This document shows positions 32,215 through 40,872 of a DNA stretch of 64,000 bases, piece after piece. A program made the position numbers and the translations under genes. Source of the DNA: Candidatus Multivoradales bacterium (GTDB lineage Bacteria; Acidobacteriota; Thermoanaerobaculia; Multivoradales; Multivoraceae). Every line of letters starts with the position of its first letter. Position 1 is the first letter of the stretch. Location: positions 3,712,001-3,776,000 of the forward strand of contig CBDCWI010000002.1 in the NCBI GenBank assembly GCA_965223325.1, given 5' to 3'. Below the pieces are notes generated by a model that had not been told where the DNA came from, did not search any database, and was given only the letters and a program-made list of their open reading frames with translations.

Positions 32215-32750
32215 GTCGCCAATTGATCAGTGCGGTCTTCGACAACGAGTCGGATCTGCTCACCGCAGTGCGTGAACTGCGTTCGCGAGCCGTGCGCATT
32301 GACGACGTCTTCACGCCCTACCCGGTACACGGTCTGGAGGACGCAGTGGGCCTCCGTCCGACGCGAATAGGCTGGGTCTGTGCAGTTCTCGGTCTCTCGG
32401 GCGCCGCCTTTGCCTACCTCTTCCAGGAATGGACTTCGGTCGTCAGTTGGGATCTCAACGTTGGCGGCAAGCCGTTCGACTCGTGGCCGGCTTTCGTACC
32501 GGTGATCTTCGAGGTCGGGGTGTTGTGCGGTGGCATCGGTTCGGTCCTGGCGCTCTTTTATCTTCTTGGCCTCTATCCGGGGAAGAAGGTCGAGCTGCCC
32601 ACCGACCGGGTCACTGACGATCAATTCGTGGTCGTCGTAGACGCCTCGCAGGCCAACTTCAACAAAACCGAGGTGCTCCGAGTCCTCGCGCAGCACAATG
32701 GGTTCGACGTTTTTGAGTCGATCGAGAAGAAGGCCAGGGAGGCGGCATGA
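32211..32750 (+). CDS. actD: Alternative Complex III ActD (DUF3341)
   Basis: [26 protein letters not shown], two TM helices. Confidence 0.92.
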   Translation: MSRQLISAVFDNESDLLTAVRELRSRAVRIDDVFTPYPVHGLEDAVGLRPTRIGWVCAVLGLSGAAFAYLFQEWTSVVSWDLNVGGKPFDSWPAFVPVIFEVGVLCGGIGSVLALFYLLGLYPGKKVELPTDRVTDDQFVVVVDASQANFNKTEVLRVLAQHNGFDVFESIEKKAREAA

Positions 32751-33427
32751 GCGGTCGCTTGATCAATACCGTCCTGATTGTTCTGTTCGTCGTGTTTCTG
32801 GCGGCGAACCTTCTCCTCGGTCGTCGCGGCGAGGGCCGGCGCGGCTTCGAATTCCTTCCCACGATGGTGCACTCGGTGCCCTACGACGCCTACTCCGAGC
32901 ACCCTCTACTGCCCGGTGGAATGGCGATGCAGGAGCCGCCCGAAGGTGTGATTGCCCGTGGCCGGATGCCTTTGCATTACGGTGCGAGCCCGGAAGAGGC
33001 GCTGCGCGCGGGTCGCGACCTCAAGAACCCGATTGCGCTGGCCAGCGCCGAGCAAGTGGAAGCCGATCTCGCCCGAGGTCAGCACCTCTTCGGCATCTAC
33101 TGCCTCCTTTGCCACGGTCCGGAGGGGCGCGGTGACGGAACTGTTGCACAACGCGGCTTTCCAGCTCCCCCGGCCTTCAACAGCGAGACCTCGGTAGCGC
33201 TCCGCGACGGCCAGATTTTCCACATCATCACCTTCGGCCAGAACAACATGCCCGGGCACAAGGCGCAGATCGATCCCATCGATCGCTGGCGCATTGTGCA
33301 GTATGTGCGTCAACTGCGCCTCAATCTGGCTCCCACAGGCGAGCCCTCGTCGCCCTCAGTAGCAGCGGAACCCCTGGTCGCAGTGACCGAAGATGATGCA
33401 GGCGACGCGATGGAGGTGCAGCAGTGA
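32747..33427 (+). CDS. actE: Alternative Complex III ActE monohaem cytochrome c
   Basis: N-terminal TM, PPEGVIARG, NPI, CLLCHG, G.G.G, DGQIFHIIT.G.NNMP, DRWRIV.YVRQL. Confidence 0.9.
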   Translation: MSGRLINTVLIVLFVVFLAANLLLGRRGEGRRGFEFLPTMVHSVPYDAYSEHPLLPGGMAMQEPPEGVIARGRMPLHYGASPEEALRAGRDLKNPIALASAEQVEADLARGQHLFGIYCLLCHGPEGRGDGTVAQRGFPAPPAFNSETSVALRDGQIFHIITFGQNNMPGHKAQIDPIDRWRIVQYVRQLRLNLAPTGEPSSPSVAAEPLVAVTEDDAGDAMEVQQ

Positions 33428-34644
33428 CCGTGTCGACCGTCGATTCAATCTCAGAAGCCCGGCTCGACCTTCCCCCGGCGCTGGCGGCGTGGCTCCGCGT
33501 CCTCGCAATAGCCGGCGCGCTCTTGCTGGTTCTAGGAGCCTTCGCAGCTCCCGATCGTTTGTGGCCGAGCTTTCTGATCATGGGCTACTTCGTTTTCGGG
33601 ATCGGGGCCGGAGCGCTCTACTTCCTCGCGATGTTCCACGGCGCCAGTGGCGGCTGGGGAACGGTGTTCAAGCGCGTGCCCGAAGCGCTCTTGATTCTGG
33701 TGCCGGTCGGCGGTGGCTTGATTCTCGCGGGACTCGCTGGTGACTTCTTGATGGCGACGCTGTCTCAAGAGCCTCATCGCCTCTACCCCTGGATGGTGAC
33801 CAGCGAGGCCGCACACCACGGCCCCGAGGTCCACAGTTTCAAAGATGTCTGGCTACAGCCGATGTTCTTCTACGCCAGGGCGATCTTGATCATCGTGGGT
33901 GTTTCCTTGTTCGCCCGGTCGATTCGGATGCACTCGATCGAGCAGGATCGAGACGGTTCGACCGAGCACTCGGTGATCATCCGCCGGCGATCGATTCAGT
34001 TTCTGGTCTTCGGAACCCTCCTGTTGGCGTCGGCAGCCATCGACTGGTTCATGTCGCTCGAACCGGCCTGGTATTCGACGATGTACATCGTCTACCACTT
34101 TGCCGGCAACTTCGTGACCGCACTCGCCGTGGTGATTCTGATTCTCCTGGGACTGCGCGGCCTTGGCTTCATGCAGGGCTTCACTACGCATCACCTTCAC
34201 GACCTCGGCAAGCTCCTGTTCGGCATGTCCACCTTCTGGATGTACATCTGGTTCAGTCAGTTCATGCTGATCTGGTACACCAACATGCCCGAAGAGACGA
34301 TCTACTTCACCAACCGCCTCGGCGAGGGGCGCACCGCTTTTCTCGTCGCGCTACCGATCCTCATGTGGGTAATCCCGTTCTTTACCCTGCTCTCGCAGCG
34401 CGCCAAGAAATCGACCACCGTCATGAGTCGCATTTGCGTCGTGGTTCTGCTCGGGCACTGGCTCGACCTCTTCCTGATGGCAGGAGGGCAGGCGGCCAGC
34501 GGCGGCTTCGCGGTCGCAGAGGTTGGTGCCGGCCTCGCCGCGGTCGCGCTGGTTTTTCTGTTGCCCAGCAGGCAGCTGACCCGGGCGCCACTGGTCGCGA
34601 CCAAGGATCCCTATCTCAAAGAAAGCCTTCACCATCACGTCTGA
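33424..34644 (+). CDS. actF: Alternative Complex III ActF membrane subunit
   Basis: W...KRVPE, LYPW, DWFMSLEPAWYSTM, HDLGKLLFG...FWMYIWFSQFMLIWYTNMPEE, DPYLKES. Confidence 0.92.
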   Translation: MTVSTVDSISEARLDLPPALAAWLRVLAIAGALLLVLGAFAAPDRLWPSFLIMGYFVFGIGAGALYFLAMFHGASGGWGTVFKRVPEALLILVPVGGGLILAGLAGDFLMATLSQEPHRLYPWMVTSEAAHHGPEVHSFKDVWLQPMFFYARAILIIVGVSLFARSIRMHSIEQDRDGSTEHSVIIRRRSIQFLVFGTLLLASAAIDWFMSLEPAWYSTMYIVYHFAGNFVTALAVVILILLGLRGLGFMQGFTTHHLHDLGKLLFGMSTFWMYIWFSQFMLIWYTNMPEETIYFTNRLGEGRTAFLVALPILMWVIPFFTLLSQRAKKSTTVMSRICVVVLLGHWLDLFLMAGGQAASGGFAVAEVGAGLAAVALVFLLPSRQLTRAPLVATKDPYLKESLHHHV

Positions 34645-34720
34645 GCTCTGGTTCGGGCGATGATTCCACCGGGCGCGCATTCTCCTTGAGGCCTGCGAGC
34701 TCGGAAGCGAGATATAAACG

Positions 34721-36235
34721 ATGGAAGAGAAAGCTACCGTTGCTTCCCACAAAGCACTGACCCTCAACACCCTGGCGTTCACCGTCTGCTTCGGTGCCTG
34801 GATGCTCAACGGTGTCTTGGTGACCTTCCTGGTCGACAATCAGATCTTCGACTGGGGTCCGGTCAAGATCGGCTGGTTGATGGGTATTCCAGTCTTGACC
34901 GGCTCGGTTTTCCGGCTACCGGCCGGCATCCTCACCGACAAGTTCGGTGGCAAGCCCGTACTCGGTGCGCTGCTGGTCTTGTGTGCGATTCCAATGTATC
35001 TGCTGTCGTTTGCCAACAGCTACACGGACTTCGCGCTGGCCAGCTTCGGCTTCGGGTTTGCCGGCGTCAGCTTTGCCATCGGGATCGCCTACACTTCGGT
35101 GTGGTATCCGAAGCATCAACAGGGAACCGCGCTCGGCATCTTCGGAGCCGGTAACGCCGGCGCCGCACTGACCACTCTGTTTGCACCGACCGCCCTCGGC
35201 ATGCTTACCGACAACGGAGCCAACCTCGAAGGCTGGCGCAATCTACCGCGCATCTACGCTCTGATTCTCCTGGCCATGGGGATCATCTTCTTCCTGTTCA
35301 GCACCAACAAGAAGCCGGCGACCAGCGCTCGCACGTTGCCTCAGATGCTCAGCCCGCTGCGCGATATTCGCGTGTGGCGCTTCGGCCTCTACTACTTCTT
35401 GGTCTTTGGTTGTTTCGTGGCCTTCTCTCAGTGGCTGGTGCCCTACTTCGTGAACGTCTACTACCTGCCGCTGGTCACGGCTGGCATTTTCGCCGCGCTG
35501 TTCAGCTTTCCTTCCGGGGTCATACGAGCCCTCGGTGGTTGGATGTCTGACAAGTGGGGCGCGCGCCGTGTCATGTACTGGGTGCTCGGGTCGTCGGTCT
35601 TGATCAGCTTGATGCTCACCGTGCCGCGCATGGAGATCATGTCGCCGGGTCGCGGCATCATGGCCAAGCGCGCCGGTACCGTATCGGCAGTCTCGGGTAG
35701 CGAGATCACGGTCGATGGCGTCAACTACGCCTTGATCGACAAGAGCGGCGTGCCTAGCGAAGACGTACTCAACCAGGGCGTGATGTTCCTACCTCGCAAG
35801 GCCGTGTGGCAGGAGCCGGTAGTGACTGCGGGTGATGCGGTTGCCAAGAAGCAACTGCTCGCGAAAGGCGTGACGCGAATTTCCTTCCAGGCCAACGTCT
35901 GGGTGTTTGCCGTTCTGGTGATTCTGATCGGCAGCATCTGGGGGATCGGCAAGGCGGCGGTCTACAAACACATTCCGGACTACTTCCCCGAAGAGGTGGG
36001 TGTCGTCGGTGGCATGGTGGGTGTTCTCGGCGGACTCGGTGGGTTCTTCTGCCCGATCATCTTCGGCTATCTGCTGGAGGGCACCGGGTTGTGGACCAGT
36101 TGTTGGATGTTCATGCTCGCGCTTTCTGCCTTCTGCCTGATTTGGATGCACCGGGTCATCGAGCGCATGCTGCGCGAGCAGAGTCCAGATCTGATGCGGG
36201 AAATCGAACACCGCGAGGGCGCCGTAGCACCCTGA
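34721..36235 (+). CDS. narK: nitrate/nitrite MFS transporter, NarK1 (symporter) type, with inserted domain
   Basis: NTLAFTVCF..W, PVLTGSVFRLP.G.LTDKFGG, GIFGAGNAG, YYFLVFGCFVAF, RALGGWMSDKWG, GIGKAAVYKHIPDYFP, GGMVG..GGLGGFF. Confidence 0.92.
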   Translation: MEEKATVASHKALTLNTLAFTVCFGAWMLNGVLVTFLVDNQIFDWGPVKIGWLMGIPVLTGSVFRLPAGILTDKFGGKPVLGALLVLCAIPMYLLSFANSYTDFALASFGFGFAGVSFAIGIAYTSVWYPKHQQGTALGIFGAGNAGAALTTLFAPTALGMLTDNGANLEGWRNLPRIYALILLAMGIIFFLFSTNKKPATSARTLPQMLSPLRDIRVWRFGLYYFLVFGCFVAFSQWLVPYFVNVYYLPLVTAGIFAALFSFPSGVIRALGGWMSDKWGARRVMYWVLGSSVLISLMLTVPRMEIMSPGRGIMAKRAGTVSAVSGSEITVDGVNYALIDKSGVPSEDVLNQGVMFLPRKAVWQEPVVTAGDAVAKKQLLAKGVTRISFQANVWVFAVLVILIGSIWGIGKAAVYKHIPDYFPEEVGVVGGMVGVLGGLGGFFCPIIFGYLLEGTGLWTSCWMFMLALSAFCLIWMHRVIERMLREQSPDLMREIEHREGAVAP

Positions 36236-36263
36236 GAGTACCCACGCTGAGGATGACGAATCG

Positions 36264-38351
36264 ATGACGACGAAGCCGCTTCCTACCCAATCTCCGGCGA
36301 TTCTCGCCGAGCGGGGTTGGGCCTCGCGATTGGCGGCCGCAGTAGGCGCCTTTCTGCTCTTCGCAGGCCTTTCTGGGCTAGTGGTGTATCTGGTTCCCTT
36401 CTCGGAGGGAACCCAGATCGCGTTGCTGGTGCATGTCGTCCTTGGCCTGATTCTCGCCCTGCCGGTTCTGTTCTATGCCTGGGGACACATGCGCACCTGG
36501 ATGAAGCAGAGGGTCACCGCTTCGATGTTTCTGGGTTACGCGCTGCTGGTTGCCGTCCTGGTTGCGATCACTACCGGGTTCATCGGCACCGGCTTCGCCC
36601 TTTTCGCGAGCCGGCTTCCTCCGTTCGTCGACCTGGTCCATCTGGTCTCGGGCATTGCTGGGTTGGCCCTGGTAGCGAGCCACTTGGCGTCGGCGCTGTT
36701 GCGTCGGCTGCCGGCGGCCCGCCGCTCCACTCCGCTCAGCGGAGCCATGAGGAGCTTCGGGCGACGGACTGCGATTCTGGTGGGCGCCTTGGTATTGGCC
36801 GTCGGGCTGGCCTGGATTCTGTGGCCGCAGCACAACTACCGCTTCCCGGTTCCAGACGACTACTCCCTGCCGTCGTACGCGCAACAGTTCGAGGAGTATC
36901 GCGGCAACCCTTTCGCTCCCACCTTCGCACGCACCGTCGACTTCGAGATGGTCGAGCCGGCTCTTTTGGCGAACTCGGCGTCTTGCGGAACCAGCCGCTG
37001 CCATGAACAGATCCTTGCCGAGTGGCAGCCGAGTGCGCACCGCTTCTCGGCGATGAACCAGCCCTTCCAGGAGATTCAGAAGCGCTTTGCCGCCGACCGA
37101 GAGCCGGCCGAGACCCGCTACTGCGCCGGTTGTCACGACCCGATCTCGCTGTTCGCCGGAGCGAAAGATCTGCACCAGATGGACCTTTCGTCAGCGGGTG
37201 TCGACGAGGGGATCTCGTGCGCCAGCTGCCATTCGATTTCACAGGTCGACCAGCGCGGTAACGCCGACTATGTTCTGACCCCGCCCGAGAAGTATCTCTG
37301 GGAAGCGACCACCGGTTGGACCAAACTGGTTTCGGACTTCCTGGTTCGTGCCTATCCGCGCCAGCACCTCGCCGACTACGACCGCGCCCTCCTCCGCACG
37401 CCCGAGTTCTGTGCGACCTGCCACAAACAGTTCATTCCCGAAGCGCTCAACCGCTTTGGCATGGTGACCAGCCAGAACCAGTACGACGAATGGAAGAACG
37501 GCCGCTGGCATTCCGACGACCCCGAGGTCGATCTCTCCTGCCGCGACTGTCACATGCGTTTGGTTCCGTCGACCGATCCAGGCCGTGGTGAGGCCGGTGA
37601 TGTGCGGCGCTCCCCTTCCGATCGGTCGCACCGCCACCACGGAACGATTGCCACCAACAACTTCATGCCCGCAGTCCTCGACCTGCCGAACTGGCAAGAG
37701 CACGTACGCCTGACCAACGAGTGGATGCGGGGCGAGACCGTGTTGCCTGAGATAGCCGACATCTTCCCTCTAGGTCCGGTGTCGAGCGTCACCCTGGCCG
37801 CTCCCGACGAGGCCGCTCCCGGTGAGGAGATCGAGTTGCGGGTCGTGGTCTCGAATCGCAAGGCGGGGCACAACTTCATCACCGGCCCGCTGGACTTTGT
37901 GCGCTCCTGGGTCCACTTGCGACTCCGCGACGAGAGCGGAAACCTGATCGCCGAGTTCGGATCGATGGATCCGGTGACCCGCCGCATTCTCGATCGCGAA
38001 GACACGCCGCATGTGAGCGCCAACGCTCGAGACGAGGGGACGCTGGTTCTCGAGTCGATGCCCATCGACGAGGACGGTGAGATTCTTCGCCAGCACGAGT
38101 TGTGGCGCAAGGCTGGCGGTACCGGCAAACGCGTCATTTTCCCCGGTCACTCCGATTCCCAGCTCTACCGCGTGACGGTTCCCGAGACAGCCTCCGGCGA
38201 GATCACCATTGAAGCCGACTTGAACTATCGTCGCTACCGACAGGAGTTCCTCGAGTTGGTGGTGCCGGAGCTCGAAGAAACGAGCGGCGTGATTCAGCCG
38301 GTCGTTACGCAGAGTCACGCCGCCGCGACGCTTCTCGTGCGCGGTCCCTGA
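36264..38351 (+). CDS. membrane multihaem cytochrome: N-terminal His-containing TM region, c554-like multihaem domain, C-terminal beta domain
   Basis: About five TM helices with four His. Haem motifs CGTSRCH (CX4CH), CAGCH, CASCH, CATCH, CRDCH; W..SAH, QYDEWK, GHNF.TG. Confidence 0.82.
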   Translation: MTTKPLPTQSPAILAERGWASRLAAAVGAFLLFAGLSGLVVYLVPFSEGTQIALLVHVVLGLILALPVLFYAWGHMRTWMKQRVTASMFLGYALLVAVLVAITTGFIGTGFALFASRLPPFVDLVHLVSGIAGLALVASHLASALLRRLPAARRSTPLSGAMRSFGRRTAILVGALVLAVGLAWILWPQHNYRFPVPDDYSLPSYAQQFEEYRGNPFAPTFARTVDFEMVEPALLANSASCGTSRCHEQILAEWQPSAHRFSAMNQPFQEIQKRFAADREPAETRYCAGCHDPISLFAGAKDLHQMDLSSAGVDEGISCASCHSISQVDQRGNADYVLTPPEKYLWEATTGWTKLVSDFLVRAYPRQHLADYDRALLRTPEFCATCHKQFIPEALNRFGMVTSQNQYDEWKNGRWHSDDPEVDLSCRDCHMRLVPSTDPGRGEAGDVRRSPSDRSHRHHGTIATNNFMPAVLDLPNWQEHVRLTNEWMRGETVLPEIADIFPLGPVSSVTLAAPDEAAPGEEIELRVVVSNRKAGHNFITGPLDFVRSWVHLRLRDESGNLIAEFGSMDPVTRRILDREDTPHVSANARDEGTLVLESMPIDEDGEILRQHELWRKAGGTGKRVIFPGHSDSQLYRVTVPETASGEITIEADLNYRRYRQEFLELVVPELEETSGVIQPVVTQSHAAATLLVRGP

Positions 38352-40139
38352 GTGGCAACCAAGAGAGAGCGTCGGCTGTGGACATCGGTCGTTCTGACCG
38401 TTCTGGGGGTCGCTGTCCTGGTGGCCCTGGGGCTCTTGCGATCGATGCGCGAAGACACCGACCTCGCCGACCCCGAGGCCTCGGTGACCACCGAGTTCCA
38501 GCATGCGACCTCGAGCGAAGCTCCCGAGCTCGCCTTTCGTGATGTGGCAGTCGAGCTCGGAGTCGACTTTCGTCACGGTCCGGGAAGGCGGACCCGATTG
38601 CTGCCCGAAGACACCGGTTCGGGAGTTGCCTGGGGAGACTACGACGGCGACGGGGACGACGATCTCTACCTGGTGAACTTCCCGAACCCCGAAGACCCGC
38701 TGGACCCGACGGGTAACAATCGGCTGTGGCGCAACGACGGCGGACGTTTCTACGACGTGACCGAGCGCGCTGGCGTGGCTGATCTGGGAGGTAACGGAAT
38801 GGGCGCCGGCTTTGCCGACTTCGACGGTGACTCCGATCTCGATCTGTTCGTCGCCAATTACGGTGCCGACAGGCTGTTCGAGAACCGTGGCGATGGCACC
38901 TTCCGCGACCTGGCCCCAGCGCTGGGGCTCGCCGGAGACGGTTGGTCGATCTCCCCTGTGTGGGGTGATGTCGATCGGGATGGGCGGCTCGACCTCTATG
39001 TGACGCGCTATGTGAAGTACGACGCCCCCGCTCCTGAGCCGGTAGCGACCGACCCCAATTGGGAGTCGGTTCCGTTCTCGCTCAACCCGAACTCGTTCGA
39101 CTCGCTGCCCAACCGCCTGTACCTGCAGCAGCCGGATGGCACTTTCGAAGAGTCGGCGCTCGTTCTGGGCGTGGCCAACGCGGGCGGGCGCACCCTGGGC
39201 GCAAGCTTTGTCGACGTCGATGGAGACGGCTGGCTCGATCTTTACGTTGCCAACGATGTGTCGCCCAATGCCCTGTTCAGGAACCTCGGTGGCGACGAGG
39301 GGTACCTGACCTTCGACGACTGGAGTGCGGTGACTGGCACTGCCGATGAGCGTGGATCGATGGGCATCTCGGTGGCCGATTTGTTCAGCTCGAGCGGTGG
39401 TCCCGACGGCCGACCCGACCTGTTCATCAGCCACTGGGTTGCGCAGGAGAACGCCCTCTATGTCTCGACTCTCACCGAGACCGGGAGGCTCGAGTACCGC
39501 GATCGCATTCGCCAGTACCGGTTGGGCGAGGTGTCCACCGATCGGGTGGGCTGGGGGACGGCGTTCGTCGACTTCGATCTCGACGGTCGCCTGGACATCG
39601 CAGTCGCCAATGGCAGCACCCTCGAGGTGAGACCCTCAGAGGAGCGGGCGCCGAAACTCGAGGCGCAACCCGCGTTTTTCTTCTGGAACGGTGGCGACCG
39701 TTTCTACGACGTGACGACGAGCGCCGGAGCCGACGCGGGTACGGCTCGCGTCGCACGAGGACTGGCCACCAGCGACTTCGACCTCGATGGTGACAGCGAC
39801 CTGGCGATTTCCGTCAACCGGGGAGCGTTCGTCTTGCTGCGCAACGAGAGCGAGCACGAGGCCGGCGCTTCGGGGGGGAGCTGGTTGGCCGTGCGCCTGG
39901 CGACGACAGACGCCTTGGCGATCGGGAGTCGTATCGAGGTCAGAACCGGTGAGACGCTGGACACCCGGTTCGTCGGCGCCGACGCCTCGTACGCTTCTCT
40001 TCACAGTCGAGAGCAGGTTTTCGGCCTGGGTGAAGACAGTCGCGCTACCGTGTCGATCAAGCTGGCCGGAAGTCCGAGCCTGCGGTTCCTGGAGGTGCCG
40101 GCAGGCCACCGTATGATCGTTCCAGTGCGCTCCCTCTAA
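38352..40139 (+). CDS. CRTAC1-family FG-GAP beta-propeller protein with ASPIC/UnbV C-terminal domain
   Basis: N-terminal TM anchor, seven D-x-D-x-D-G-x-x-D-like repeats, AIGSRIEV...SYAS...FGLG C-terminus. GTG start directly after the upstream stop. Confidence 0.88.
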   Translation: MATKRERRLWTSVVLTVLGVAVLVALGLLRSMREDTDLADPEASVTTEFQHATSSEAPELAFRDVAVELGVDFRHGPGRRTRLLPEDTGSGVAWGDYDGDGDDDLYLVNFPNPEDPLDPTGNNRLWRNDGGRFYDVTERAGVADLGGNGMGAGFADFDGDSDLDLFVANYGADRLFENRGDGTFRDLAPALGLAGDGWSISPVWGDVDRDGRLDLYVTRYVKYDAPAPEPVATDPNWESVPFSLNPNSFDSLPNRLYLQQPDGTFEESALVLGVANAGGRTLGASFVDVDGDGWLDLYVANDVSPNALFRNLGGDEGYLTFDDWSAVTGTADERGSMGISVADLFSSSGGPDGRPDLFISHWVAQENALYVSTLTETGRLEYRDRIRQYRLGEVSTDRVGWGTAFVDFDLDGRLDIAVANGSTLEVRPSEERAPKLEAQPAFFFWNGGDRFYDVTTSAGADAGTARVARGLATSDFDLDGDSDLAISVNRGAFVLLRNESEHEAGASGGSWLAVRLATTDALAIGSRIEVRTGETLDTRFVGADASYASLHSREQVFGLGEDSRATVSIKLAGSPSLRFLEVPAGHRMIVPVRSL

Positions 40140-40262
40140 GCCCTGTTCGAGCGCCGGCGCGGTGGTCACCGCTTCTGGAACCAACGAAACGGGTCGTATT
40201 GATCGCATTGATAGGGTGGTGCCCGATCGACGAGGTACCAGCCAACAAGAGGAGAGCGTGCC

Positions 40263-40832
40263 ATGAAGTACACGGTTCCCGGCCCTACGAACACTCTGGT
40301 GACGATCGCTTTCGCGGCAATCGCGGTTCTGGCGCTGCCCGCCCTCTCGGCTGGCGGCTCTGATGCGACATCGACCAGCCACGACGCGCATTCGGCGTTC
40401 GAAGCCCTCAAGGCCATGGAGGGCACCTGGGTTGGCACCGTCCAGACGAATCGTTCGGACGAGCCCCGCGAAACCAAGATCACCTTCAAGGTCTCGGCCG
40501 GAGGTCACTCCGTCATTCAGACCTTCGCCCCCGGTAGCCCAATGGAGATGTTCTCGGTCTACCACATGGACGGTGACGAGCTCCTGATGACGCACTACTG
40601 CGCGATCGGAAACGCGCCGAAGATGAAGTTCGCCGCCTCCGACGAGGCGGGTGTCGTTGCCTTCGACTTCAACGGCGGCACCAACATGGATCCCGCCAAA
40701 GACGCTCACGCTCACGAGGGCACGATGCGGCTGCTCAGCCCGGATCGCTACGAGAGCCGATCCGTCGGTTTCGCCGACGGCGAGCCCTCGCTGGTGCAGA
40801 ACTTCAAGATGGAGCGCATCGCAGTCGACTGA
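40263..40832 (+). CDS. exported hypothetical protein with THYC motif
   Basis: GAGGAG RBS, signal peptide, LKAMEGTWVG...SVYHMDGDELLMTHYCAIGNAPKM; strongly biased codons. Confidence 0.75.
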   Translation: MKYTVPGPTNTLVTIAFAAIAVLALPALSAGGSDATSTSHDAHSAFEALKAMEGTWVGTVQTNRSDEPRETKITFKVSAGGHSVIQTFAPGSPMEMFSVYHMDGDELLMTHYCAIGNAPKMKFAASDEAGVVAFDFNGGTNMDPAKDAHAHEGTMRLLSPDRYESRSVGFADGEPSLVQNFKMERIAVD

Positions 40833-40872
40833 ACGGGGCCCCGAGCTCGCCCAAGCAAGTGGAGGACCTTGG

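Noticed and set aside
38630-39800. Recurrent GACxxCGACGGxGAC-like nucleotide repeats as a repeat array or CRISPR
   Set aside because: These encode the FG-GAP DxDGDG protein repeats; they are degenerate and lack repeat-spacer structure.
40198-40212. ATTGATcgcATTGAT as an FNR box
   Set aside because: It is a direct repeat of TTGAT, not the inverted TTGAT-N4-ATCAA.
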